Source of the DNA: an uncultured Candidatus Micrarchaeota archaeon
GTDB lineage: Archaea; Micrarchaeota; Micrarchaeia; Anstonellales; Bilamarchaeaceae
Assembly (NCBI GenBank): GCA_963714085.1
Contig: OY970229.1
Coordinates: 480,001 to 544,000 of the forward strand
DNA: 64,000 nucleotides
Reading direction: 5' to 3'
Shown: in pieces, positions 28,859 to 37,833 of the stretch
How the letters are laid out: each line of letters starts with the position of its first letter
Numbering within the stretch: position 1 is the first letter of the stretch
Made by a program: the position numbers and the translations under genes
The notes under the pieces: generated by a model
Told to the model about the DNA's origin: nothing
The model's database searches: none
What the model saw: the letters and a program-made list of their open reading frames with translations, nothing else

Positions 28859-28996
28859 CTAGAGAGTGAAAGCTACTGGAACGGGCGCGCTGACTAGCGG
28901 CGCCCTGGTTTTGCCAAATCCCGTCGCTGGTGCCGAAAGGCTTGTTAACAATGCTGCCGTTGCCACCACTTTCGCGGTCGTTTGTCTCCATCCCAT
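28859..28996 (-). CDS. Small signal-peptide-like ORF (45 aa)
   Basis: MGWRQTTAKVVATAALLTSLSAPATGFGKTRAPLVSAPVPVAFTL; SD GGTGA; fills the gap between two co-oriented genes. Confidence 0.45.
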   Translation of the reverse strand: MGWRQTTAKVVATAALLTSLSAPATGFGKTRAPLVSAPVPVAFTL

Positions 28997-29010
28997 AATG
29001 TCACCATGCA

Positions 29011-32000
29011 TCATTTTATCTTGAATTTCGCACGCTCGTACATGTTCATGTATGCTCCCGGCGGATACTTATCTCCTCCGCTTGCGACTTCTCTCTCGAT
29101 GCTGTAGGAGGTCTGGCCAGGTTTGAGGTTTTTCGCCAACTCAGTGCCGTCGATGGGCACCCGGAACGCATCCCGCAGCCAGCGCACTTTGATAGCCAGG
29201 AAATCGAACTTTAAGTCGTTCATGCCGGTTTCTTGGTTCGGGATCGGCGTATAGGTATGTTCGAATACGAACCTCTTGACTCCTGTCCTCTCGAGTTCGG
29301 CATCCGATGTCTTGGAAGCTGCCCCATACCTGGCCCATCCGTCCTGGGCGTCGATCCATCCAACGAACGCACCCTTGTTGTAATCCCACTTCGCATAGAA
29401 GTACGCGGTTCTGCTGTCGTCGTCGCTGAGCCTCGCGACGCGCTTCACACCATGGGTCGACTCGTTATTAGACATCACGTAATAGCAATGCGGAGAAGAC
29501 GTCAGGTCCTCCTCAAACGCCGTGTAGGAAAACGTTTTGCCTTCGAAAAGCGGCGCCAGCGGAGTCTTCGCAGACCATGACAAGATGACGGATCTGCGTC
29601 CGGCATTTCCGGATTCAGGACCCATCTGGATAGAGTAGAACCTGGCGACTGGCGCGGGCGGCACCACCTTCTCCTCTTTCTTCGGCAGCCTGCTCCCCGC
29701 GTCCTGGAGGTCCTTGAGCGCGGTGGTCATCAGCTGGATGGCCCTCACCGGGTTGGCCCATGCGCCAGCGGCCGAGCAGTCGTAGAGGTTCTCCGATGCG
29801 TTGGATCGGTAAACCTCGGCGAGACCGGCAACGAGCTTGTATTTGGTGAACGCGCGGTTGTAGAGCAGCCCGGCCGCAGAACCCGATTTTTTCGATTCTT
29901 CTGCAAGCCTTGCGCTGATGCCTGACTGGTCCTGCCTTTTCTTAAGCGCGTCCCAGTCCGCCGCAAGCCTGGATAGGGGCTTGAGCAGGGCTGCATTGCC
30001 TGCGGCAACCTGCTCGGCATATTTCGCCCTGAGCGACTCCGGAGAAACACCCAGCTGTTTCACGTCGACCTTGCCGTATCCTTCTGCGGCTGCCTTCTTC
30101 GCATCGGAGAATCCGCTGAGGTCGAGTTCGGAGATTGAATATTTATCTTTCCTGAGGCTGGCCACGTATGGGGCCCAGGTCTCCTCGATGTACGGAAGCA
30201 TGCCTCTGGAGAGGTCGTCCATCGCCGCCGTATCCGCGGTCCTGCGGTAGCGCGGGTCGCGCCTTATCCCCTGCGGGACGGATTCGTCCAGCAGCTCGCG
30301 CGCCGCGGACAGGCCGGATTTGTCAGAAACCGCATCCGTCCATGGGAAGAATAGGTCCTTCTTCGCGCTCAGCGCTGATACCAGGACGCGCTCCGTCTTG
30401 TTCAGATCCCCATAGACGGCTTTCCTGTTGACCTCCTTCTGGTCGCTGGGCACGGTCGAGCTGACAGTACCCCAGTATGCGGAGTGGTGCCATCCGAAGA
30501 ACGAATTCTCCATGTTGATCAGGGAACGCGGATATATCGTCACCAGTGATTCCAGCGTGAGGTCCGGCATGGTGGCCGGGTGGGCCTCCGGGCAGTCCGG
30601 GTTGCCGAATGCGAACCTGAATAGCTCGAGCTCGTGCTCATAGGCAGCCTTCGCGTTCTTGAACTGGGCCGTGTCTTTCCCGGGCAGCTGCTTGAGCGCC
30701 TCGGCCTCTTCGTAAAGGGAGATCGCGTGCACGACACCAGCCTCGAGCTGCTCGGTCAGGCGGAACATCTCATCCGACGTGGTCGCCTTTTCCTGCGACG
30801 CCTTCTTGCAGCGCTCCACGAGCCTGTTCGCCACGTCGAGCAGCGGGCCGGCGTTCACGTGCTTGGCGGCATCCTCGGCGTAGCCTATGAACTCGTCGAA
30901 ATCCTTCTTTGCCATCACCGGGGAATCTTTTGTGAGGTTCTGGCTGGTGCTGGAGTAGTACTCCCACCTCGCCTTCATGAGGAATATCGCCACCCTCGGG
31001 GCTATCATGAGGTCCGCGGCATCGTCCTGATGGAGTATCCTTTCGAGCTGCAGCATGGCGTTCTTGCGCGGGTCCTCGGGCTTCATCTTGCGCGGGTCGT
31101 CCTTCATCGTGGAGAGCAGGAGCGCCAGGTTGTAGTTCAGCGCGTCCACCACCGCGTCGCAGGTCTTCTTGTTTCCGCCATTGCGCCGGTATTCATCGGC
31201 CACTTCCCTCGCATCTGTCAGGGCCTGGAGCGCGCTAGCGAGGTCCTCGAGCCTTATCACGGTCATGCCCGGCACGGTCGTACCTTGGGTCTTGGCGTCC
31301 TGGGCCTGTTTCACAAGGTGCTGCAACGCCGTCACGGTGTCTTTCTTCAGATCGTATTTCACTTTCACCGGCTTGCCGCGGGGGTTCGTGGACTTTAGCG
31401 TATAGGACCCTTTGAAGGCAGACGCATTGATGAGCGCTACGTACTTTTCACCTATGACCTGGGCAAGATCCCGCTGGCGTTCATTGATATCCCCCTGGTA
31501 AGGGACGTACCAGGCCTCGCCCGCGGCCGCGGTTTTGGGTGCTTCGGCTTCCGCTTTCTTGGGCACTGCTCTCACTACTGCCGCGGCCCTGGCGGCTTCT
31601 ATCTCGCCTGGAGCTGCCTGGGCCTTTTCCTGCGCCTGCCTTATCATGGCCTCCCCTTTACCGGTCGGGGCTGCTGGTTTGGAAGCGGCTTCGGAGTCTT
31701 TCTGTATCGCAGCGAGCTTGAGCACGATGTTGGTGGTGACTTCCGTCCTTGGCGAATCGCCGAAAAGCTTATCCCTGGAGATATCATCGGTGGTTCCGAA
31801 CACGCTGTTATAGCGCGCTTTCGGGGTTCTGCCTTCTGCGATACCAAGCTGTGCCATGGTGTCCAGGAATTCCTGCACGCGTTTCATGCTCGGGTTTATC
31901 TTGAAATCTTTATCTTCAAAGGAAGGGAAAGCGACCTTATTCTTAGGGTCGAAAAGCAGCTTTCTTATTCCGTCCCATTGTTCATTCGCCGTTCTTACGA

Positions 32001-32265
32001 GTGCGAGTTTCGCTACCGCCAAGTCTGTTTCGCTAACCTGTTTCTTTTGAGCAAATGCCGCGGCCACAGATAACACCCCATCCGTATTGTTTTCATTACC
32101 CCGATAACGCTTATAAAGGTGCTCAACGGAGGGGAGCAGAGTGGACCAAAGTGTCACGGCTGCGGTCAGACCCGCAAGGGCGGGCCTGCGCCTGCTCTTG
32201 TGCCGGAATTGACTGCCGTAACTGATACTCCCTGCCTCTCCCATCATTACACCACTATATCCCAT
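29011..32265 (-). CDS. Large hypothetical protein (1084 aa), N-terminal basic + hydrophobic segment
   Basis: RHKSRRRPALAGLTAAVTLWSTLL then a mostly helical body. Confidence 0.75.
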   Translation of the reverse strand: MGYSGVMMGEAGSISYGSQFRHKSRRRPALAGLTAAVTLWSTLLPSVEHLYKRYRGNENNTDGVLSVAAAFAQKKQVSETDLAVAKLALVRTANEQWDGIRKLLFDPKNKVAFPSFEDKDFKINPSMKRVQEFLDTMAQLGIAEGRTPKARYNSVFGTTDDISRDKLFGDSPRTEVTTNIVLKLAAIQKDSEAASKPAAPTGKGEAMIRQAQEKAQAAPGEIEAARAAAVVRAVPKKAEAEAPKTAAAGEAWYVPYQGDINERQRDLAQVIGEKYVALINASAFKGSYTLKSTNPRGKPVKVKYDLKKDTVTALQHLVKQAQDAKTQGTTVPGMTVIRLEDLASALQALTDAREVADEYRRNGGNKKTCDAVVDALNYNLALLLSTMKDDPRKMKPEDPRKNAMLQLERILHQDDAADLMIAPRVAIFLMKARWEYYSSTSQNLTKDSPVMAKKDFDEFIGYAEDAAKHVNAGPLLDVANRLVERCKKASQEKATTSDEMFRLTEQLEAGVVHAISLYEEAEALKQLPGKDTAQFKNAKAAYEHELELFRFAFGNPDCPEAHPATMPDLTLESLVTIYPRSLINMENSFFGWHHSAYWGTVSSTVPSDQKEVNRKAVYGDLNKTERVLVSALSAKKDLFFPWTDAVSDKSGLSAARELLDESVPQGIRRDPRYRRTADTAAMDDLSRGMLPYIEETWAPYVASLRKDKYSISELDLSGFSDAKKAAAEGYGKVDVKQLGVSPESLRAKYAEQVAAGNAALLKPLSRLAADWDALKKRQDQSGISARLAEESKKSGSAAGLLYNRAFTKYKLVAGLAEVYRSNASENLYDCSAAGAWANPVRAIQLMTTALKDLQDAGSRLPKKEEKVVPPAPVARFYSIQMGPESGNAGRRSVILSWSAKTPLAPLFEGKTFSYTAFEEDLTSSPHCYYVMSNNESTHGVKRVARLSDDDSRTAYFYAKWDYNKGAFVGWIDAQDGWARYGAASKTSDAELERTGVKRFVFEHTYTPIPNQETGMNDLKFDFLAIKVRWLRDAFRVPIDGTELAKNLKPGQTSYSIEREVASGGDKYPPGAYMNMYERAKFKIK

Positions 32266-32367
32266 TTATGACGAATACTTTAAAAAGGTGCCGGCGAAGC
32301 CACTAATCTAGAACAAGGATAACTTTGTCGTAAGTGTTTATAAACGGGTGCCTGGGGGGTGTTGCAG

Positions 32368-32532
32368 TCACTCTTTTTCGTCGTTGAGGAAGCGCTTCAC
32401 GTCGTCCTTCCGGTCGCGGAAGCACCTTTCGCAGAATACATAACTGTACCCGATCAGGCTTTTCCCGAAAACAGTTTCCTTTTCTGAGAGCGTCTTCCCG
32501 CAGAGGTTACACGCCCGGTCGCCATCGAACAT
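32368..32532 (-). CDS. Small zinc-finger protein
   Basis: CNLCG...FCERC; SD GAGGTG before ATG 32532. Confidence 0.65.
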   Translation of the reverse strand: MFDGDRACNLCGKTLSEKETVFGKSLIGYSYVFCERCFRDRKDDVKRFLNDEKE

Positions 32533-32666
32533 ACCCGCCACCTCGGAAGCATAACGCAAAGAAGGAATATAATGCTATCATGCCGCCAGGAGCCCGGTTT
32601 GCTCGGCTTGCAAAAAGACAACGGTTATAATAGTAAGCGAGCAAAGTCAGATTTCACTGCTCTTAA

Positions 32667-32750
32667 GCAGGGGTGGCGGAGCGGCCAAACGCGTCAGGTT
32701 CAGGGCCTGATGGCTTAGTGCCTTCAAGAGTTCAAATCTCTTCCCCTGCA
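32667..32750 (+). tRNA. tRNA-Leu(CAG)
   Basis: GCAGGGG...TCAGG-TT-CAG-GG-CCTGA, variable arm, GTTCAAATC, CCCCTGCA. Confidence 0.96.
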
Positions 32751-32878
32751 TTTTCCCATTCCGCCAGTGCAAAGCTTTACATACTTATCATGCAAATTAG
32801 CCCCAAGACAATCCGGTTCTTTCGAGCCGGGCGTCGTTTGAGGCGCAGGAAGCGCCTGGAAAAAAATAGGTGAAATGA

Positions 32879-33019
32879 ATGGCATATGAAGGCGGAGACA
32901 GGCCCATGTACGATGCGGTCTGCTCTAAATGTGGCCAGCCCTGCCAGGTTCCCTTCAAACCGACTGAAGGAAGGCCTGTCTATTGCAGGAACTGCTACAA
33001 ACCGAAATCGAGATTCTGA
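32879..33019 (+). CDS. CxxC-x17-CxxC domain small protein
   Basis: MAYEGGDRPMYDAVCSKCGQPCQVPFKPTEGRPVYCRNCYKPKSRF; SD AGGTGA. Confidence 0.9.
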   Translation: MAYEGGDRPMYDAVCSKCGQPCQVPFKPTEGRPVYCRNCYKPKSRF

Positions 33020-33068
33020 AACCCGCCAAAACCGGGCTTGACGAATTTCCATTAATTTTTTGGGTTTT

Positions 33069-33779
33069 TTATAGGACTTGTTCTCGGCTTATTTGTATGC
33101 TCTGGGATACCCCGAGCAACCCCATCGCGAGCTTCATCTCATCGATCGTCATCTGGCCCGGAGCCACCTCACCTGAGAGCGAGCAGTAGGCGAGAGGCGA
33201 GCCGAGCGCCAGGGACGCTATGCGCGTTATCCTCCCTTGCTCGCCCATGGCGAACGCGACGAGCTTCACACCCCTGTTTTCCGCTATGTCAAGCAGGTGG
33301 AGGATGTCTATGCAATCACGGTGGTTCCTCGCCATGGTCGCGATTTTCACCATGTCGCCCAGCTCCGCGGCTTTTTCCAGCCATTTGACGAGCACGCTGA
33401 AGCTCGGCGTTCCTTCAAATGAGTGTTTCGACACCATGGTCTGGCAGTTTTTGCGCTCTGCCATCCTCCTCAGGCGTCGTATGGCCTCTGCGCCGGTCTC
33501 GAGCTCTATGTCTACGTAAGCGGCGCCTGCATCGATTGCGAACCCGAGTGTTTCCAGCCTTTTGTTTTCCAGGCCCTTATACTGGCCGCCGTCGCGTCTT
33601 TTCCTGCAGGTCGCGATCACCGGAAGCGCGCTATCCCGGGTTATCCTGGTTATATTGGGTTCGTAATCAAGAAAATCTATCCTGACCTCTGCGAAATCCG
33701 CGCCCCGCTGCCTGGCATTTTTGATCGCGGCCACGCACGCACGCGCGTTTCTCTCTTTTATGCAGGCTACAAGCGCCAT
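33069..33779 (-). CDS. aroD: Type I 3-dehydroquinate dehydratase
   Basis: EVRIDFL, IATCR...GG, YVDIEL, SKHSFEGTP, VKIA, FAMGEQG.ITR, APGQ. Confidence 0.93.
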   Translation of the reverse strand: MALVACIKERNARACVAAIKNARQRGADFAEVRIDFLDYEPNITRITRDSALPVIATCRKRRDGGQYKGLENKRLETLGFAIDAGAAYVDIELETGAEAIRRLRRMAERKNCQTMVSKHSFEGTPSFSVLVKWLEKAAELGDMVKIATMARNHRDCIDILHLLDIAENRGVKLVAFAMGEQGRITRIASLALGSPLAYCSLSGEVAPGQMTIDEMKLAMGLLGVSQSIQISREQVL

Positions 33780-33844
33780 GTCATCAGCCTTTCAGTTTTC
33801 ATACCCACTAGTATACATGGCTATAAACTTTTAACCTTTTCTGC

Positions 33845-34130
33845 CAAGAAGTCCCCTTCCTTGCCGTAAGGCAGGGAGGGGATGAATTGGCTACCGTTAT
33901 AAATTTTTCTTCCATAAAGGAATCTGCCGCTGACCCGTAGGCAAAGATAAGAACGTCGCAAAACGAACTATCTGCACAAATCCATGTATTTGCGTAAAGC
34001 CGTCTTGGATGCAATGCAGAGGCGGAATACCGTCGGGAGGACGGGACTGCAAGCCTGACCGAGAATCCATCGGGTATTCGATGAAGCAGGAAGCCACGAC
34101 TTCGGCGAAAACCAAGTCGCGGTACTTCAC
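33845..34130 (+). mobile_element. Non-autonomous IS200/IS605-family miniature element
   Basis: Left-end hairpin CAAGAAGTCCCCTTCCTTGCC-GTAA-GGCAGGGAGGGGATGAATTG; right-end GAAGCCACGACTT...AAGTCGCGGTACTTCAC ending in TCAC; no transposase ORF. Confidence 0.7.
34025..34130 (+). ncRNA. TnpB omega-RNA/HEARO-like scaffold
   Basis: TACCGTCGGGAGGACGGGACTGCAAGCCTG...GATGAAGCAGGAAGCC..hairpin..TTCAC resembles the 3' region of tnpB elements. Confidence 0.65.
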
Positions 34131-34316
34131 AGCCAACTATGTATCCGTATTACACCTTGATAAAACAGCAATGGCCAGGCATCAGAGAGAGTCCGAGCGC
34201 GGGATTACGGCCCGGACACGGATTTTGGCTGAAGAAGGATTAGTACATGGATTACCTTAAATAAGCACAATTATAAATATAAGCCCGCATAATATAATTA
34301 CTTATACAGGTGCACA

Positions 34317-34994
34317 TTGATGAGAATTAGCGAAATGGAGAGAATGGTTGCCGTAGCCCATGCCAAAACGGCCAGGTCAGGCTTGAGCCATACCCGTGCG
34401 GCTCTGGGCAAGCTGATGCCATTGCTGTCGCAGTGGAATGGATCAAAGGATTTTTCTGACGCTGTCGAAGCCGTGGAGACGTCCCACAAGAGGGATATCG
34501 AAGAGATCGGACGCAAGCGCAACGAGGCAGAAGCTGCTTTGGCCAGGGCGCATGAAATGGATGGAGGGGCCCTACACCACGATAGCATAGATTTCACAAA
34601 GAAAAGAAGCATGTGTGTCAAAATCGCGCCCGGGAATGTTCCTGTATTCTCGGTTTATCAGGCACCAAAAAGCCACGAGACGAATATCGCGGCTCTGCCG
34701 TGGCTGGCGTTCTGGGCAGGGGCGGGAATAACTTTCGTGGTTAAAAACTCGATGCACGGACAAGGCCAGAAAGCCCCGGACACTGCCCGGGAGGTGGCAT
34801 GCATGGCGCTTGTCGGAGGCATTGCGTTCGCAGTTACGAAGATAGTCAGCGCGATCGCCAGGTTCAACCAGTTCACCCCGAAGGAATTCGATCATAGGGT
34901 GGCCGAAGCAAGCGCGGCCGTGCAATCTGCCTTGATAGCAATCAACCAGGAGCTGGGTGGCGAAAGCGACACGGGGAACGGTTCCGAAAAATAG
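34317..34994 (+). CDS. Hypothetical membrane protein (2 TM)
   Basis: Two hydrophobic segments in the C-terminal half. Confidence 0.65.
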   Translation: MMRISEMERMVAVAHAKTARSGLSHTRAALGKLMPLLSQWNGSKDFSDAVEAVETSHKRDIEEIGRKRNEAEAALARAHEMDGGALHHDSIDFTKKRSMCVKIAPGNVPVFSVYQAPKSHETNIAALPWLAFWAGAGITFVVKNSMHGQGQKAPDTAREVACMALVGGIAFAVTKIVSAIARFNQFTPKEFDHRVAEASAAVQSALIAINQELGGESDTGNGSEK

Positions 34995-35006
34995 CCCTGC
35001 CCGTTT

Positions 35007-35450
35007 TCATTCGCGCTTCTTGAGCACCTTGCCTATCGGATAGCCGCTTATCACCATGTGCTTTAGCATGTCGCGGTCAGGCACGTCCATGCGGTCTATC
35101 TGCCTCAAGCGGTCCGCGTATCTCCGGTACGCTTTCACTGCCGCGGCGTAGGCGTCGCGTATGTGCGGATCCACGATGTCCCTTCCCATCATCCTCTTCT
35201 GCTCCTTGCTGAGCGATTTCCGCGGGTTGAACAACTTGAGCTGGTAGCGTGCCGCGACCTTCTGCACGAAATGCGACGGCGGCGAGGTGTCGGACGCGAT
35301 GAGCGACGGCGTGCCGACCGAGGATATTATCCTGACAATGCGCTCGTCGTTCGCTTCCTTTTCGACTCCGGAACAGACGAGATTCCCGGAGAGGTCGAGC
35401 ATCGCATAGCCGGTCTTTATGCCCGCGTCAACGCCCACGATCAGATGTAT
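35007..35450 (-). CDS. DUF460-like RNase H-fold protein
   Basis: HLIVGVDAGIKTGYAMLDLSG, IASDTSP, PHIRDAYAAA; family-typical start implies ATA at 35450 (track gives GTG 35438). Confidence 0.75.
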   Translation of the reverse strand: MHLIVGVDAGIKTGYAMLDLSGNLVCSGVEKEANDERIVRIISSVGTPSLIASDTSPPSHFVQKVAARYQLKLFNPRKSLSKEQKRMMGRDIVDPHIRDAYAAAVKAYRRYADRLRQIDRMDVPDRDMLKHMVISGYPIGKVLKKRE

Positions 35451-35460
35451 CGAATCAGCC

Positions 35461-36693
35461 TCATTCCAGTTCCTTCGCGAACCTGAGCTCCTGCTTCACG
35501 TAGACGCGCGAGTGGGGCGGGACGTTCTTGTTCACCACCACGCCGGAGCTTATCCAGCTCCCCTCGCCGATGAGCTTGCCCGGCATGGTGCAGGAGAGCA
35601 CGCCGAACCGCACCCCGTCGCCGATCACGGCGCCGAACTTGGTCCTGCCGGTGTTCGCCCAGCCGCGCTCGGTCTGCACGTTCACTGTGGAGGCGTCGAA
35701 CCTGTAATTCGCCAGCTGCGTGCCGGAGCCGAAGTTCACGTCCTCGCCGACCACCGAGTCGCCGATGTAAGAGAGATGCTTCGCCTTTATGCTGTCGAAA
35801 AGCACGGAGTTCTTCACCGTGGTGGACTCGCCTATCTCGCAGTTGGCCCCGATGGCGTTCACGCCGCGCAGGTATGCGTTCGGGCCGATCACCGTGTTCG
35901 CCCCGATGTAGGACGTCCCCTCCACGTAGCTGTTTATTATCCTGGAGCCCGGCTCCATGATGAGCTTGCCCTTGATTGTGCTGTTCTCTATGGTCTCGTT
36001 ACGCGCCTCCATCCTCTCCAGGAGCCACTCGTTGGCGGTAAGAAGGTCCCACGGATGCGCGATGTCCATCCAGAAACCGTCCACGACCACCGCCCTGGCG
36101 CCTAGGAAAATGCTGACGATCTCGTACTCCCCGCGCGCTGATTTGCCGATCGCACGGATCTTGGGGAACACGGACGGATCCATACAGTAGATCGAGAGGT
36201 TCGCAAGATCGGATTTCGGGTGCTGGGGCTTCTCCTCGAACAGGCTCACCGTGTCGCCTGAAAGCTCGACCACCCCGTAGAGGTGGGGATTGGCCACCTT
36301 CTTCACCCCGATGGTCACCCCGCCCTTGTGCGTTTTGAGTACCTGTTTGATGACGCCGGCCTCGGTGACCGTGTCCCCTGCGAGCACGAGGAATGTTTCC
36401 TTCATCTCCTTCTCTGCCGAGAGTATCGCCGCAGCGGTGCCGTTCTGGGGGCCCTGCTCCACGAACGTCAGCTTCATGCCGAGCTCTTTCTCTTCGGCCC
36501 TGAGATAATCGATTATCTTCTCCTTCTGGTAGCGTACGACGATCACCGCCTCGGTGACGCCGGCCTTCTTGGCTTCGACCAGGAGGTGATGCAGGATGGG
36601 TTTTCCGGCAACCGGAAGCATGACCTTGGGCCGCGTGGCCGTGAGGGGGAGCAGCCTCACCCCGTCCCCGGCTGCCATTATCACTGCTTTCAT
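35461..36693 (-). CDS. glmU: Bifunctional sugar-1-phosphate nucleotidyltransferase/acetyltransferase (archaeal GlmU)
   Basis: MKAVIMAAGDGVRLLPLTATRPKVML, EKP, hexapeptide repeats, KHLSYIGDS. Confidence 0.9.
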   Translation of the reverse strand: MKAVIMAAGDGVRLLPLTATRPKVMLPVAGKPILHHLLVEAKKAGVTEAVIVVRYQKEKIIDYLRAEEKELGMKLTFVEQGPQNGTAAAILSAEKEMKETFLVLAGDTVTEAGVIKQVLKTHKGGVTIGVKKVANPHLYGVVELSGDTVSLFEEKPQHPKSDLANLSIYCMDPSVFPKIRAIGKSARGEYEIVSIFLGARAVVVDGFWMDIAHPWDLLTANEWLLERMEARNETIENSTIKGKLIMEPGSRIINSYVEGTSYIGANTVIGPNAYLRGVNAIGANCEIGESTTVKNSVLFDSIKAKHLSYIGDSVVGEDVNFGSGTQLANYRFDASTVNVQTERGWANTGRTKFGAVIGDGVRFGVLSCTMPGKLIGEGSWISSGVVVNKNVPPHSRVYVKQELRFAKELE

Positions 36694-36780
36694 GACGGGA
36701 TTATCACGCTCAGCAATTATATGGTTTTCTGTTGCACATTTTTCCAAACAATTAAATATTCCATGCCAACAATATACGAT

Positions 36781-37824
36781 ATGCTCGACAGGAAGAAATC
36801 GGGGGACATACTCTCTAGTTATAAAGGCAAATTCACCATCGCCACGATATGCTCGCACTCCGCGCTGCAGATATTCAGCGGGGCGCGCCGCGAGGGCGTG
36901 AAGACCATAGGCATCTGCAAGAGGGAGAACCGCAAGCTGTACGAATCGTTCCCTCTCGCCAAGCCGGACGAGTTCTTGATAGTGGACGATTACAAGGACA
37001 TCCCGGTGCCCGAGCTCGTGGCGCGGAACGCGATCGTGGTGCCGCACGGCTCGTTCGTCGAGTACGTGGGCGAGAAGTACGACGACCTGGAGGTCCCGAT
37101 ATACGGCAACCGGGCGTCCATATCCTGGGAGCGCTCCCGCGACAAGATGTTCGAATGGATGAGGAAGGCGGGCATAAGGACGCCCAAGATAATGAAGCCT
37201 GAAGAGATAGCCGGGCCCGCGCTGGTGAAGTTCCCCGGGGCCAAGGGCGGCCGCGGCTACACCATAGTGAGCTCCTACGATGAGTTCCGCAGGCGGGTGG
37301 GCGAAAGGAAATGCATGGTGCAGGAGTTCCTGATAGGCGTAAGGGCATACCCTCATTTCTTCTTCTCGCCGATCTCGCAGATCGGCTACCCGACGGCCCA
37401 TGGCAGGCTTGAGCTGCTTGGCGTGGACAAACGGGTCGAATCGAGTGCAGACGAGATAGCCAGGGCGGTTTCCGCAGGGCTCACGCCCAGGCTGAGCTTC
37501 ACTGTGATAGGCAACGAGCCCATGGTTCTGCGGGAATCGCTGCTCACCGATTACATGGAGATAGGCAGGAGGGTATCCGACATATCGCACCTGCTCTTCG
37601 GCGGCATGATAGGGCCGTTCTGCATAGAGACCATAATCACCGAGGACCTGGAGATATACGCCTTCGAACTCAGCGCGCGCATAGTCGCTGGCACGAACAT
37701 GTACCCCCAGGGATCCCCCTATTCCTCCTTTTACTACAAGGAGCCGATGTCCACAGGCAGGCGCATAGCGCGCGAGCTCAAGGACGCGGTGAAGAAAAAG
37801 AGATTAAAGGAGATAGTGTACTGA
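36781..37824 (+). CDS. purP: PurP-family formate--AICAR ligase (ATP-grasp)
   Basis: ATICSHSALQIFSGARREG, VPHGSFVEY, GAKGGRGY, GNEPMVLRESLL, FELSARIVAGTN, MSTGRRIARE. Confidence 0.93.
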   Translation: MLDRKKSGDILSSYKGKFTIATICSHSALQIFSGARREGVKTIGICKRENRKLYESFPLAKPDEFLIVDDYKDIPVPELVARNAIVVPHGSFVEYVGEKYDDLEVPIYGNRASISWERSRDKMFEWMRKAGIRTPKIMKPEEIAGPALVKFPGAKGGRGYTIVSSYDEFRRRVGERKCMVQEFLIGVRAYPHFFFSPISQIGYPTAHGRLELLGVDKRVESSADEIARAVSAGLTPRLSFTVIGNEPMVLRESLLTDYMEIGRRVSDISHLLFGGMIGPFCIETIITEDLEIYAFELSARIVAGTNMYPQGSPYSSFYYKEPMSTGRRIARELKDAVKKKRLKEIVY

Positions 37825-37833
37825 TTATAGCGG

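Noticed and set aside
35461..37590. 709-aa minus-strand ORF and 513-aa plus-strand ORF (36283-37824) that look like fusions
   Set aside because: The extensions are antisense shadows of the divergent purP and glmU genes; family homology starts at 36693 and about 36781.
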